This document shows positions 21,201-30,358 of a DNA stretch of 64,000 bases, piece by piece; the stretch's first letter is position 1; every line of letters begins with the position of its first letter. Where the stretch lies: positions 160,001 to 224,000 of the forward strand of contig CAXXHO010000003.1 of the NCBI GenBank assembly GCA_963667725.2. The letters run 5' to 3'. Source of the DNA: Treponemataceae bacterium (GTDB taxonomy: Bacteria > Spirochaetota > Spirochaetia > Treponematales > Rectinemataceae). The position numbers were made by a program, and so were the translations under genes. The notes below the pieces were generated by a model that was not told where the DNA came from, ran no database searches, and saw only the letters and a program-made list of their open reading frames with translations.

Positions 21201-21412
21201 TGATGCTGAACCACGAATCGAACTACATCGACACCGTTTCGAAGATGGAGCATTTCGTCCAGAGCTTCTTCTCCCGCCTCATACCCAAGCTGGAGTTCGA
21301 CGGCGAGGACAAGGAATATCTCTACAAGACCATAAACGAGATAAACAAGAAAACCGAAAGGATAGGCGAGGGTTTCGCGCAGGACCAGAAAGAAAACGAC
21401 GCCGAAGCATAG
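18218..21412 (+). CDS. Sensor histidine kinase (multi-TM, GAF, PAS, HisKA, HATPase) with C-terminal GNAT/N-acyl amino acid synthase-like domain
   Basis: About 9 TM segments; GAF-like [19 protein letters not shown] box [11 protein letters not shown] box [12 protein letters not shown] boxes DTGIGI and GTGLGL; then about 230 more aa with [14 protein letters not shown] and MYEKLGF. Confidence 0.88.
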   Translation: MILDASSLIPALSFIIYIIFIVFGIYSRKEKVDTSFLLYMFFMALWSFGSFMMHANTGLFSPLTWNKVMLLGLFGGPIAFLQTMIYLSGTDKKRYQIFLYIGYIIFFFLIYLNLSGKVVTAAGFDESGFYYVLGNGSILAYSLSYFFLGLSILLLLRQLKASDNKFKKKTLRLLIIGVGIIVVGVAANLYKPIGKYPIDLLATTINAAIIFFAVYKYRLIHYSSAVLNILLTFFVSILTSALFLFFFVPVFHINNAIPFPRVLLLALILGFITSIILSPLRTTTLSFLERLYGGKTFTYYQSLRVFSASLTSIVDLETLGNLTMEKITSTFGLGWALMLVNDFNDRNFKLNVAKQLPFDGRIIEGQDQSISLKRGSEFVRVFAVHQGSEKSEMQYLYVPQTMIDITLEKGEISETLKASLILPLKFKERLNGFVILGPQLDRDYYNQFDLEMLQLLSVQCSVALENAITFERLKQQQKRLQNINNQLEISRNKLEAFFDGITTPITIQDINYNIIEVNYAARRYFEKSTEELIGNKCYKMFFNRDRPCLECLAQDCLHTRLPFNAERQDVKGLLTFSLNFYPIPVPKTATPIFLEFFQDITKQKTLQDELIQSEKLAGIGTLVSGIAHEINNPLGAILGTADLMLPETAEGSRLQEYTQDIARYAQNAAEVIQDLMVYSRKTKSQPDMVNIVTILENSLKLAMRGMDFGSITVKKNYNQTNEVQANATELQQVFLNLIVNAVQAMNSDGTLTLAAKQEDADVIVTIKDTGIGIKKQNLDKVFNPFFTTKDPGAGTGLGLSIAHHIVSKLGGRIIIDSEEKQGTTFQIVLPAANMERNKIRFVHAKDTRQLEDSFYLQRKVLVGEKGYLEETIHRSEDESAFHLLAYKGMQPVGTTTLHLSEVEGEIPIQSNYDLSEYMDGTPYAEIDRLAIIREERGSIVPFSLMVLSYLYIRGKGVDKMFLDVFSDETKLIRMYEKLGFRVIGTYNKPLACTVMMLNHESNYIDTVSKMEHFVQSFFSRLIPKLEFDGEDKEYLYKTINEINKKTERIGEGFAQDQKENDAEA

Positions 21413-21430
21413 CTGAAGCGCCGCCGAAGT

Positions 21431-22504
21431 TTAATAGAATATTGTGCGCTGCGTCTTGGCGGATGAGTAGATTCCTTCGATGATCTTCACCGCTTCCATG
21501 CCATCCTCCCCGGTGACCTTGGGTCTTGTGCCGGCGGCCGCCGCCTGGGCGAAATCGTCGATCTGAAGCGAGAAAAAATACCAGGTCGGCTCGATTTTCG
21601 AAAAGAATTCCCCATCTTCGCGTTTCCAGACATCAATCATCTTTTCCTGGCCGGGAATGGTCCAGATGTCGTTGTAGGGCGGCTCGAGGATGCCGCTCAT
21701 CCCCGCGATGAACATGGCGCCGCCGTCGGTCTGAACGCCCGCCGAGGCGCCCGAGCTTCCATGGACGCATACCTTGGCGAAAATGCCTGGCTTCTGGGAA
21801 TTGGAGACAAAGATGGAGCCGAGGCCGCCGTTCTTGAAGTGGACGGTCGCGACGGCGCTGTCGTCGACTTCGATGTAGGAATGGTTGGCGTTGATCCAGC
21901 TTCCGGATACGCCCGAGACCGAGCCCATGTACCAGGAGAGGAGATCGAACTGGTGGGGAGCCTGGTTGACGATGACGCCGCCGCCCTCGTGTTCCCAGGT
22001 GCCGCGCCAGGGGTCTGAGTTGTAGTAGGCTTCGTCGCGCCAGCCCAGGATGGTGACCTGGCCGAGGAGGGGGGAGCCGAGGAGGCCTTCGTCGATGGCG
22101 CGCCTGATGCGCAGGGTGGAGGGGTACCAGCGGCGCTGGCAGATGACGCCGAGATTGCGATGGGCGGCGAGGGCGGCGGCGTTCATGGCGTCGCAGTCGG
22201 CGACATGGAGGGCCATAGGCTTCTCGACGAGGGTGTGGAGCCCGGCGCCCAGGCATTCTATGGCGCAGGCGGCATGGAGAGGGTGAGGGGTGGTGACGAT
22301 GACGGCCTGGACGCCGTCGCGGTCGGCCATCTCGGCGGCCGAAGAGCGCGCCTCGATGCCCCAGCTCTTCGCGAAGGCCCGGGCTTTAGCCGCGTCGCGT
22401 CCGCAGACCGAGACGAGGGTGGCGTTTTCGCTCGCGGCGATGGCTTTCGCGTGGAGCTGGGCTACTTTGCCGTATCCGTAGAGGCCGAATTTTATCTTGC
22501 CCAT
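21431..22504 (-). CDS. Gfo/Idh/MocA family NAD(P)-dependent oxidoreductase
   Basis: Motifs GYGKVA, TTPHPLH, VEKPMA, WRGTW..EGGG and NQAPHQFD. Confidence 0.92.
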   Translation of the reverse strand: MGKIKFGLYGYGKVAQLHAKAIAASENATLVSVCGRDAAKARAFAKSWGIEARSSAAEMADRDGVQAVIVTTPHPLHAACAIECLGAGLHTLVEKPMALHVADCDAMNAAALAAHRNLGVICQRRWYPSTLRIRRAIDEGLLGSPLLGQVTILGWRDEAYYNSDPWRGTWEHEGGGVIVNQAPHQFDLLSWYMGSVSGVSGSWINANHSYIEVDDSAVATVHFKNGGLGSIFVSNSQKPGIFAKVCVHGSSGASAGVQTDGGAMFIAGMSGILEPPYNDIWTIPGQEKMIDVWKREDGEFFSKIEPTWYFFSLQIDDFAQAAAAGTRPKVTGEDGMEAVKIIEGIYSSAKTQRTIFY

Positions 22505-22619
22505 GCCTTGTTTCCTCCTGGATTCAATGGGGTCATCGATGAGGCCGCCGGCACTGGTGCTCCGGCGCCGCTAAGGGGGGGCTCCGGAGCCGCGGGGGGA
22601 TGCCCCGGCGCCGGAGCCT

Positions 22620-23654
22620 TCAGGGCTCGAGCACGACTTTGAGCAGGCCTTTTTCGCGGGCGTGAAGCCTGGCGAACCAGGAGGCTCCCTCGGAGAGCGG
22701 GGCGATCGCGCTTATTATAGACTTCGCGTCGATCTTGCCGCGCGCGAGGAGGTCGAGCACGAGGGGGTATTCACCCGCCATGGCGCAGGAACCATAGAGG
22801 GTGAGCTGCCGCGTGACTATGGCCTGGAGCGGCATTTCCACGCTGGGGCTCACGTTGCCGATGAGGGTGACGGAGCCGCCCTTGCGCAGGGCGCCGATCG
22901 CGGTAGCGATCGGCGCCGAAGCGCCCACTGCCTCGAAGGCGCGGTCGAAGCCGCGGCCGCCCGAGAGTTCGAGGATGGCCGCCTTGGTCGCGGGGGAGGC
23001 GGGGTCGAGGGCGGCCGACGCGCCTGCCGCGAGGGCGGCTGCCCTCCGTTCGGGGTCGGTTTCCAGCGCGAGGATCATGCCGGCTGAATGAGCCCTCAGT
23101 ATTTGGATGAGAAGCAGCCCTATAAGCCCGGCGCCCACCACGACGAGAGAGTCGCCCATCTTTATGGGGGTGATGGCAGCCGCGTGCGCCGCCACCGCCG
23201 CCGGTTCAGCGATCGAGGCGGCCGCGAAATCCAGGGCTTCGGGCATCTTGTAGAGAATCCTCTTGGGAAGGACGATATATTCGGCGAAGGTGCCATCCCG
23301 TCGGTAATCGCCGCAGGAGACGCCGAGCACCTTCCTGTTGTCGCAGAGGTTCACCTCGCCGCGCTTGCAGTAGAAGCACTCGCCGCAATATTCGGTGGAA
23401 TCGAAGGTGACGCGGTCTCCTACCCTGAAATCCCTGACGCCGGCGCCCGCTTCCACGATTTCTCCCGAGGCTTCATGTCCCATCACGATGGGAGGAATGC
23501 GTCTTCCCGTCGAGCCGTCCATGCCGTGGACATCGGACCCGCAGATAGCGGACGCCCGCACCCTGACGAGCACGTCGTTTTCATCCCGGAGCTTGGGGTC
23601 AGGATAATCGCGGAAAGAAAACTTCATGTACTCTTCGAGAACGAGCGCTTTCAC
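22620..23654 (-). CDS. Zinc-dependent polyol/sugar-acid dehydrogenase (MDR family)
   Basis: Motifs ICGSD, GHEASG, structural Zn site CGECFYC..G..NLC and GAGLIG. Confidence 0.9.
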   Translation of the reverse strand: MKALVLEEYMKFSFRDYPDPKLRDENDVLVRVRASAICGSDVHGMDGSTGRRIPPIVMGHEASGEIVEAGAGVRDFRVGDRVTFDSTEYCGECFYCKRGEVNLCDNRKVLGVSCGDYRRDGTFAEYIVLPKRILYKMPEALDFAAASIAEPAAVAAHAAAITPIKMGDSLVVVGAGLIGLLLIQILRAHSAGMILALETDPERRAAALAAGASAALDPASPATKAAILELSGGRGFDRAFEAVGASAPIATAIGALRKGGSVTLIGNVSPSVEMPLQAIVTRQLTLYGSCAMAGEYPLVLDLLARGKIDAKSIISAIAPLSEGASWFARLHAREKGLLKVVLEP

Positions 23655-24736
23655 CGCTGAATCCTCGCCGAGCCGCCCTTCGCGAAAGAAACGACCTGAT
23701 CGAGGGTAGCCATGGTCGTATCGCCGGGGAAGGTCGTGAGGAGTGCGCCGTGAGCCCAGCCAAGGGCGAGCGCTTCCTGCGGATCCTTGCCTTCGAGCAG
23801 ACCGTAGATGAGGCCGGCCGCGAAACCGTCGCCGCCGCCGACGCGGTCGTACACGTCGAGTTCGGCGGTCGGGGCGGCGTAGCGCTCGCCCTCCAGCCAG
23901 AGAACGGCGCTCCAGAGATGGCGGTTGGTGGACTTGACGTCGCGAAGAGTCGTGGCCACCGCCTTCACGTTCGGCCAGCGCGCCGTGACCTCCTCGATCG
24001 TCCTGTAGAAAGCCTCGGGATCGAGCTTCGAGGCCTTATGGATGTCGGGTCCCTTCAGGCCCAAGCCCATCTGGAGATCTTCCTCGTTGCCGACGAGCAC
24101 GTCTACCTGTTCGGCGATGCGGCCGAGAATCTCGGGAGCCGAGGCGGAAGAGCCGTTGGCCGCCCAGAGCTTGGCCCTGTAATTGAGGTCGAAGGAGACG
24201 ATGGCGCCCGCTTTTCTGGCGGCCTTCATCGCCTCGATGACGAGTTCGGGCGTCGTCGCAGAGAGGGCGGAGAAGATGCCGCCCGAATGGAACCAGCGTA
24301 AGCCCTTGGAGAAAATGGCGTCCCAGTCGAAATCGCCCGGCTTGAGAAGGGCCGCCGCCTCGTTCGCCCTGTTATAGAAGACGACGGGAGCACGCACGCC
24401 CTGTCCCCTATCGGACCAGACCTGGGCCATGTTCGGGCCGCGCACGCCATCGTGCCTGAAGCGTTTGTAGATGCCCTGGACGTTCATCTTGCGGGCTTCG
24501 CTCTCGATCTTGGCGCCGATCGGGTAATCCACCATGGCGCTCGCGATGGCCGTGTTCTGGCCGAAGCAGCGGGCGAGGTTGGCCGCGACATTGAACTCGC
24601 CGCCCGACACGTGAATTTGGTAGGTATCGGCGAAGCCGAAGGGAACGATGCCCGGATCGAGCCTCGTGACGAGGGCGCCCAGGGCGAGGAAATCGAGTGA
24701 ATCCGCCTTCTTCGGCGGAATTTTCATGGCTGACAT
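23651..24736 (-). CDS. PfkB-family sugar kinase (KdgK-like)
   Basis: Motifs GGEFNVA, SFDLNYR, NEED and DRVGGGDGF; GAGGAGG SD before 24736. Confidence 0.88.
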   Translation of the reverse strand: MSAMKIPPKKADSLDFLALGALVTRLDPGIVPFGFADTYQIHVSGGEFNVAANLARCFGQNTAIASAMVDYPIGAKIESEARKMNVQGIYKRFRHDGVRGPNMAQVWSDRGQGVRAPVVFYNRANEAAALLKPGDFDWDAIFSKGLRWFHSGGIFSALSATTPELVIEAMKAARKAGAIVSFDLNYRAKLWAANGSSASAPEILGRIAEQVDVLVGNEEDLQMGLGLKGPDIHKASKLDPEAFYRTIEEVTARWPNVKAVATTLRDVKSTNRHLWSAVLWLEGERYAAPTAELDVYDRVGGGDGFAAGLIYGLLEGKDPQEALALGWAHGALLTTFPGDTTMATLDQVVSFAKGGSARIQR

Positions 24737-24749
24737 TCTATGTACCTCC

Positions 24750-26201
24750 TCAAGCTGTATAAGTGGATGCCGCGGTCGAACCGCCGTGCCCGGTCCAGTT
24801 CGTATGGAAGAATTTGCCGCGCGGCTGGTCGATTCTTTCGTAGGTGTGGGCGCCGAAATAGTCCCTCTGGGCCTGCAGCAGATTGGCGGGGAGGGTTTCG
24901 GTCCTGAGGCCGTCATAATATGAAAGAGCCGTGTAGAGCGCCGGAGCGGGGATTCCCGACATCGCGCATTCCGCGACGACCCTGCGCCAGCTGTCCTGGC
25001 TGGCCGCGAGTTTCGCGGCGAAGAAGGGGGCGATGATGAGGTTCGCCAGTTTTCCGTCCGCGTCGAAGGCTTCCTTGATCTTGCCGAGGAAAATCGAGCG
25101 GATGATGCATCCGCCTCTCCACATGAGGGCGATGGAACCGAAGTCGAGGGTCCAGCCGTATTCCTTGGCCGCTTCCTTCATGAGAAGGAAACCCTGGGCA
25201 TAGGAAACGACCTTCGCGGCATAGAGCGCCGCGCCCAGATCGGCGAGGAAAGCTTCCCTGTCGCCCTTGAATGACTTGATCGCCGGTCCTTTCAGTATCC
25301 TGGACGCCGCCACGCGGTCGTCTTTCGCCGCCGAGAGACAGCGGGCGAATACGGATTCGCCGATGAGCGTAAGCGGGATGCCGAAATCCAGCGCCGCGAT
25401 CCCTGCCCATTTTCCCGTGCCCTTCTGGCCCGCGGTGTCGAGAATCTTGCGTACGAGAGGCTCTCCATCCTCGTCCTTGAACTTCAGGATATCCCTGGTT
25501 ATCTCCACGAGATAGGAGTCGAGGTCTCCCTTGTTCCATTTCGCGAAAACCGCGCTCATCTCGTCTTCCTGCATGCCGAGCTTGTCGCGCATGATCTGGT
25601 AAACCTCGCAGATGAGCTGCATGTCGCCGTACTCTATGCCATTGTGGACCATCTTCACGAAATGGCCTGCTCCGTCGGAACCCACCCAGTCGCAGCAGGG
25701 GCTTCCGTCCTCGACCTTGGCGGCGATAGCCTGAAAAATTGGCTTTACGAAGGGCCAGGCCGCGGCCGATCCTCCCGGCATCAGGGAAGGCCCGAGGAGA
25801 GCGCCTTCCTCGCCGCCGGAAACGCCGGTGCCGATATAGAGGAGGCCCTTTGCCTCCACTTCCCTGCAGCGCCGCATGGTGTCCTGATAATTCGAGTTGC
25901 CGCCGTCGATGATGATGTCGCCCTTGTCGAGATGAGGCAGAAGCTGGGCGATCGTGTCATCCACGGCCTTGCCCGCCTTGACCATCATCATGACCTTGCG
26001 GGGCGAGCTGAGCATTCCCGCGAGCTCGGCCGGCGAATGAGCGCCCTGGATTTTTTTGCCCGCGCCCCTGCCCGCGATAAAATCGTCGACCTTGCTCGTC
26101 GTCCGATTGTAGACCGCCACGGAAAAACCCTTGCTTTCCATGTTGAGCACGAGGTTTTCCCCCATCACCGCGAGTCCTATAAGACCAATGTCAGATTTCA
26201 T
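24750..26201 (-). CDS. gnd: 6-phosphogluconate dehydrogenase, decarboxylating
   Basis: Motifs GLAVMGENL, VKMVHNGIEYGDMQ, WRGGCIIRS and QAQRDYFGAHTY. Confidence 0.97.
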   Translation of the reverse strand: MKSDIGLIGLAVMGENLVLNMESKGFSVAVYNRTTSKVDDFIAGRGAGKKIQGAHSPAELAGMLSSPRKVMMMVKAGKAVDDTIAQLLPHLDKGDIIIDGGNSNYQDTMRRCREVEAKGLLYIGTGVSGGEEGALLGPSLMPGGSAAAWPFVKPIFQAIAAKVEDGSPCCDWVGSDGAGHFVKMVHNGIEYGDMQLICEVYQIMRDKLGMQEDEMSAVFAKWNKGDLDSYLVEITRDILKFKDEDGEPLVRKILDTAGQKGTGKWAGIAALDFGIPLTLIGESVFARCLSAAKDDRVAASRILKGPAIKSFKGDREAFLADLGAALYAAKVVSYAQGFLLMKEAAKEYGWTLDFGSIALMWRGGCIIRSIFLGKIKEAFDADGKLANLIIAPFFAAKLAASQDSWRRVVAECAMSGIPAPALYTALSYYDGLRTETLPANLLQAQRDYFGAHTYERIDQPRGKFFHTNWTGHGGSTAASTYTA

Positions 26202-26221
26202 AGTTCCTCCATCATATTCCA

Positions 26222-27064
26222 CTATATTCTTCTGCCGGCTATCGCCGAACGCATCTTCTCCACGTTTTTAAGGCCCTTTTCCTTGAGAAACTCCATCGCT
26301 TCTATGTAGAGCGAATCTATGATGGCCAGCTGGGCTATCCTGGCAGAGAAGGCCTCCGAAATGACTTTGGCGCCAGGCGCGGCCGAGAGCAGCACGAAAT
26401 CGGCGTTTCTGGCCAAAGGCGAGAGGTGATAGGTCGTAATGGCAGCTACCTTGCATCCCGTTTTTTTCAGCACGTCCACGATGGCGAGGGTGTCCTTGTT
26501 GGCGCCGGTGTTGGAGATGACGAGTGCGATGTCCCCGCTCCCGGCCTGAGAGGCCACCATGAGCTGGAGATGGAAATCCTCGGCCGTCTGGCAGCGAATG
26601 CCGGATCGTATGAATTTATGGAAGGCATCCTTGGCGACGACGCCCGAGCCTCCGAGCCCGAAGACAAAAAATGCCGGAGCTTCGCAGGCTAGCCGGGCAA
26701 TTTCCCGGATCCGCTCCCTGTCCAGCAGCTTTTCCGTCATGTCCAGGGCGCTTCTGGCCGCGCCGAAGGCCACGACGACGGGGTCTTCGGAATCCGTAAC
26801 GGCGGTTTCGTAGTAGCGGGATTCGGGCGCGAGGGTTTCCGTGGCGAGGGCGATCCTGAACTGCTGGTAGCTTTCGTACCCGAGTTTTTTGACGAAGCGG
26901 AGCAGGGTGGAGACCGATACGCCTATATTCGACGCCAGCTCATCGATGCTTGGGTGAACGGCCTCGGCGGGCCGGGAAAGAATGTAGTTCGCGACGGTGC
27001 CTTCCTTTCCGCTCAAGCCGTCTTTCAGCGAATGTATGAGATAAATGCAGCTTGGCTCAGCCAT
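26222..27064 (-). CDS. MurR/RpiR family transcriptional regulator
   Basis: N-terminal HTH (ELASNIGVSVSTLLRFVKKLGY) plus SIS domain (FGLGGS, ISNTG). Confidence 0.92.
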   Translation of the reverse strand: MAEPSCIYLIHSLKDGLSGKEGTVANYILSRPAEAVHPSIDELASNIGVSVSTLLRFVKKLGYESYQQFRIALATETLAPESRYYETAVTDSEDPVVVAFGAARSALDMTEKLLDRERIREIARLACEAPAFFVFGLGGSGVVAKDAFHKFIRSGIRCQTAEDFHLQLMVASQAGSGDIALVISNTGANKDTLAIVDVLKKTGCKVAAITTYHLSPLARNADFVLLSAAPGAKVISEAFSARIAQLAIIDSLYIEAMEFLKEKGLKNVEKMRSAIAGRRI

Positions 27065-27120
27065 TTCGCCACTCCATGATCTTGTTGTACCATCGACCTT
27101 CTTTTGTGTAAAGTATATCG

Positions 27121-27195
27121 TGAAAAAAATATTCTTTCAAAAGAAAATAATTTTCATACTGGAAACTTGACGGCAAAGGGAAAGGATAGGATACT
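27121..27195. promoter_or_regulatory. Divergent control region: AT-rich inverted repeats (candidate RpiR operators) and a sigma70-like promoter for the ABC operon
   Basis: GAAAATAATTTTC palindrome at 27143-27155, imperfect TGAAA..TTTCA at 27121-27139, and TTGACG-N17-GATACT at 27167-27195. Confidence 0.5.
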
Positions 27196-27235
27196 ACAAA
27201 ATAGCTTTACCGTACTTTATCTGAAGGAGGCCTTC

Positions 27236-28486
27236 ATGAAAGTCAAGTTTATCGCGCTTGCGCTGATGCTCGCCGTCGTATTGGGAGCTGGCGCCCAAGC
27301 CAAGGAAATCCGCGTCCTGCTCGCCAACCATCCCTACGGCGACCTGCTGAAAGCGGCTATCCCCGAATACGAAAAGGCGACCGGCATCAAAGTGAATGTC
27401 GAGAGCCTGCAGGAGAGCCAGCTGACGACGAAGCTGACCACCGAGTTCGCCACCAATTCTTCCTCGGCCGATGTCTTTATGACTCGTCCCCTGCAGGAAG
27501 GGAAGATGTTCTACAAGAACGGCTGGTACGAGCCTCTCACCACCTACGATTTCGCCGACTATCCCAACAGCGCGATGGGAGTGGCCAGGTTCGGCAATAA
27601 GCCCTACCTCGTTCCCCTCGTCACCGAATGGCAGGTTCTCTACTACAGAAAAGACCTCTTCAAGAAAGCAGGCCTTTCCGTTCCCAAGACCTTTGTTGAA
27701 CTCGAAGCCGCGGCCAAGGCGCTTCATTCCTCCGATGTGGCGGGATTCGCCTCCCGCGGCAAGGGCGCGGCGGCCGTAACCCAGCTCTCCAGCTATATTT
27801 ACAGCTATGGCGGAGCCTATCTCAACAAGGGCGTGGCCGTGTTTGATTCCCCCGAAGCGCTTGAGGCCATCAGATTCTACGGCAAGATGCTGGCTCTCTA
27901 TGGTCCGAAGGGCGTCACGTCGATGTCCTGGGAGAATATCATGCCTCTCGTCCAGGCCGGCAAGGTCGCGATGTGGACGGACGCTTCGGTCTTCTACGGC
28001 CAGATCGTCGATCCCGCGAAGAGCCAGGTGACAGCGGCCGATGTGGGCATCGCCAATCTGCCCGCCGGTCCCAAGGCCGGCAATCCCTTCTTCGTTGTCT
28101 CGTGGGGAATGGCCGTCGCCCGCCAGTCTAAGAACAAGGCAGCCGCGATGGACTTCATCAAGTGGGCGACCAGCGCCGATCTCGCCAAGAAGGCCCTCAT
28201 CGCCAGCATTCCGATGTCGCGCAACTCGGCCTGGGCAGATCCCGAAGCCCGCGCCAAGGCTAATCCCGAGCTTGTCGCTTCTCAGGCCTATGCGGCCAAG
28301 AACGGCAATCCCTTCGATCGCCCCTACATGAGCGCCGTCGGCAACGCCCGCGATCTCATCGGCGAAGTGATCATCGAATCCATCAACACGGCAGGCGCTT
28401 CCCAGTCTCTCGCCGCTCTGGCGAAGGCAAAAGTGAAGGCTGTCAACGAACTTCTCGAGGACACCGGGGAATACGGCGTCTACTGA
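27236..28486 (+). CDS. Carbohydrate ABC transporter substrate-binding protein
   Basis: Signal peptide, LYYRKDLF and W.MAV...SKNK.AA.DFIKW motifs; AAGGAGG SD. Confidence 0.92.
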   Translation: MKVKFIALALMLAVVLGAGAQAKEIRVLLANHPYGDLLKAAIPEYEKATGIKVNVESLQESQLTTKLTTEFATNSSSADVFMTRPLQEGKMFYKNGWYEPLTTYDFADYPNSAMGVARFGNKPYLVPLVTEWQVLYYRKDLFKKAGLSVPKTFVELEAAAKALHSSDVAGFASRGKGAAAVTQLSSYIYSYGGAYLNKGVAVFDSPEALEAIRFYGKMLALYGPKGVTSMSWENIMPLVQAGKVAMWTDASVFYGQIVDPAKSQVTAADVGIANLPAGPKAGNPFFVVSWGMAVARQSKNKAAAMDFIKWATSADLAKKALIASIPMSRNSAWADPEARAKANPELVASQAYAAKNGNPFDRPYMSAVGNARDLIGEVIIESINTAGASQSLAALAKAKVKAVNELLEDTGEYGVY

Positions 28487-28507
28487 TCCAAATTTCTGAA
28501 CAGCTGA

Positions 28508-28536
28508 GGCGGGCTGGGGAAATCCGGCTCGCTTTT
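28508..28536 (+). terminator. Intercistronic hairpin with T tail after the binding-protein gene
   Basis: GGCGGGCTGG-loop-CCGGCTCGC followed by TTTT. Confidence 0.5.
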
Positions 28537-28607
28537 GCCTGTCTCGCAGGCTTCCGCCTGCCCGCCCGCTTTTTCTGCTATTCACGTTTTGCCTGCCGGA
28601 GGATGCC

Positions 28608-29486
28608 ATGACAAAAAGCGGTTTCGTCGAAAGGAATCTAAAAATACTATTTCCCCTGCCCGCGGTAACCTTCGTCGTGGTCATGATGCTCTTCCCCGTG
28701 GTCTATACCCTCTTCCTGAGCTTCACCAACTGGAACCTCACTTCCGGAATGCCGCTCAAGTTCGTCTGGCTGAAATCCTACGCGAGGGTTCTGACAGAAC
28801 CGCGGTTCCTCAGCGCCTTGGGAAGAACTTTTTCCTTCACGCTGCTCGCCGTGGCTGTCGAAATCCTGCTTGGCCTCGCGCTCGCGCTTCTGCTCAACAG
28901 GGAATTCAAGGGAAAATCGGCCATGAAGCTGATCCTCCTTCTCCCCCTCGTGGCGACGCCGGTGGCAATAGGCATCGTATGGAATCTTTTTTTCGATCCC
29001 ACCATCGGGTTCATGAATTATATGCTCACCATCCTGGGGCTGCCTACCTCCGAGTGGGTTTCCAATACTGAAACGGTCATACCATCGCTCGCGCTGGTGG
29101 ATATCTGGCAATGGACGCCCATGATCACGCTTATCGTCCTCGCGGGGCTCGCCGGCCTTTCCCAGGAGCCTTACGAATCGGCCCGCGTCGACGGCGCCAA
29201 CGCTTACCAAACCTTCACCCAGATTACCCTGCCGATGATAGCGCCAACCCTTCTCACCGCCATGATCCTGCGCTCCATCGACGCCCTTAAAACCTTCGAC
29301 ATCATCTACGCGATGACGGGAGGAGGTCCGGGCTATGCCTCGGAAACTCTCAACGTCATGGCCTTCAAATACAGTTTTGAGTATTTCCGCATGGGACAGT
29401 CTTCGGTCATACTCATTTTCCTCTTCCTGCTGGTGCTCCTTCTCAGCATGGCGATCATGCGGCTGCGCAAGCGCTTCGAGCTTTAG
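28608..29486 (+). CDS. Carbohydrate ABC permease (MalF-type)
   Basis: TM helices and EAA-like loop YESARVDGA; MTGGGPG. Confidence 0.93.
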   Translation: MTKSGFVERNLKILFPLPAVTFVVVMMLFPVVYTLFLSFTNWNLTSGMPLKFVWLKSYARVLTEPRFLSALGRTFSFTLLAVAVEILLGLALALLLNREFKGKSAMKLILLLPLVATPVAIGIVWNLFFDPTIGFMNYMLTILGLPTSEWVSNTETVIPSLALVDIWQWTPMITLIVLAGLAGLSQEPYESARVDGANAYQTFTQITLPMIAPTLLTAMILRSIDALKTFDIIYAMTGGGPGYASETLNVMAFKYSFEYFRMGQSSVILIFLFLLVLLLSMAIMRLRKRFEL

Positions 29487-29495
29487 GAGGCACCC

Positions 29496-30311
29496 ATGCG
29501 AGTATCATTCACGCGGCGATTCCTTTTCGCCCTCGTTTTGGCCGGCGTCGCCATTCCCGTCCTTTTTCCCTTCGTCTGGATGTTGGCTTCATCGTTCAAG
29601 ACCCAGGTCGACATTATCGCATGGCCGCCGAAATTCATCTTCACGCCCATCGTCGGCAATTATGTGAAGGTTTTTACCGAGCAGAATTTTCTGCAGTATT
29701 TCATCAATTCGTCGATTGTCGGCGTCGTCGCCGTGGGCTTGTCGGTGGCCCTGGGTCTGCCGGCCGCCTATTCGATCGCTCGATTCCAGCAAAAGAGACT
29801 CTCCGTCTTCATCCTGGTGGCCAAGCTCATGCCGGGAATTTCCTTTTTAATGCCCTGGTATATCATCTTCTCGCGCCTTCATCTGATGGACAGCTACATA
29901 GCCCTCATTCTCTCGCATATGCTGATCGCCCTGCCCATCGTGGTGTGGATCATGTCGAGCTATTTCGAGACAATTCCCATAGAGATGGAAGAATCGGCGA
30001 TGGTCGACGGCGCCACAAGGCAGAGGGCTTTCTGGTCGATAATCCTGCCCGTTTCGGGGCCGGGCATCGTCACCTCGATCACGCTTTCCTTCATCTTTTC
30101 CTGGAACAATTTCATGTTCTCCCAGGTCCTGAGCATGGAGAGAACGAAAACGCTTCCGATCGCTGTGTACAACTTCGTTTCCTATGCCGAGGTGGATTGG
30201 GGAGCGGTCATGGCCGCAGCCGTGGCCATCATGACGCCGGCGATTATCCTCACGATGATTTTCCAGAAATACGTCGTGAAGGGGCTTACGATGGGAGCGG
30301 TTAAAGGCTGA
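29496..30311 (+). CDS. Carbohydrate ABC permease (MalG-type)
   Basis: EESAMVDGA, FSWNNF and C-terminal GLTMGAVKG. Confidence 0.93.
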   Translation: MRVSFTRRFLFALVLAGVAIPVLFPFVWMLASSFKTQVDIIAWPPKFIFTPIVGNYVKVFTEQNFLQYFINSSIVGVVAVGLSVALGLPAAYSIARFQQKRLSVFILVAKLMPGISFLMPWYIIFSRLHLMDSYIALILSHMLIALPIVVWIMSSYFETIPIEMEESAMVDGATRQRAFWSIILPVSGPGIVTSITLSFIFSWNNFMFSQVLSMERTKTLPIAVYNFVSYAEVDWGAVMAAAVAIMTPAIILTMIFQKYVVKGLTMGAVKG

Positions 30312-30358
30312 CGAGACCCTGATGGACAGATCGCAAGAGCGGGACTATTCTATCCGTT

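Noticed and set aside
22505..22619. GC-rich inverted repeat (GCTCCGGCGCCG/CGGCGCCGGAGC) as a MITE or REP element
   Set aside because: I saw only one copy in the window and no target-site duplication; it is most simply an intercistronic hairpin.
27194..28684. Long antisense ORFs (496 aa here; also 35204-36649, 10736-11974, 20063-21253 and 42495-43790)
   Set aside because: They are shadows of well-supported genes on the opposite strand, expected from high GC3 codon bias, and contain no recognisable motifs.
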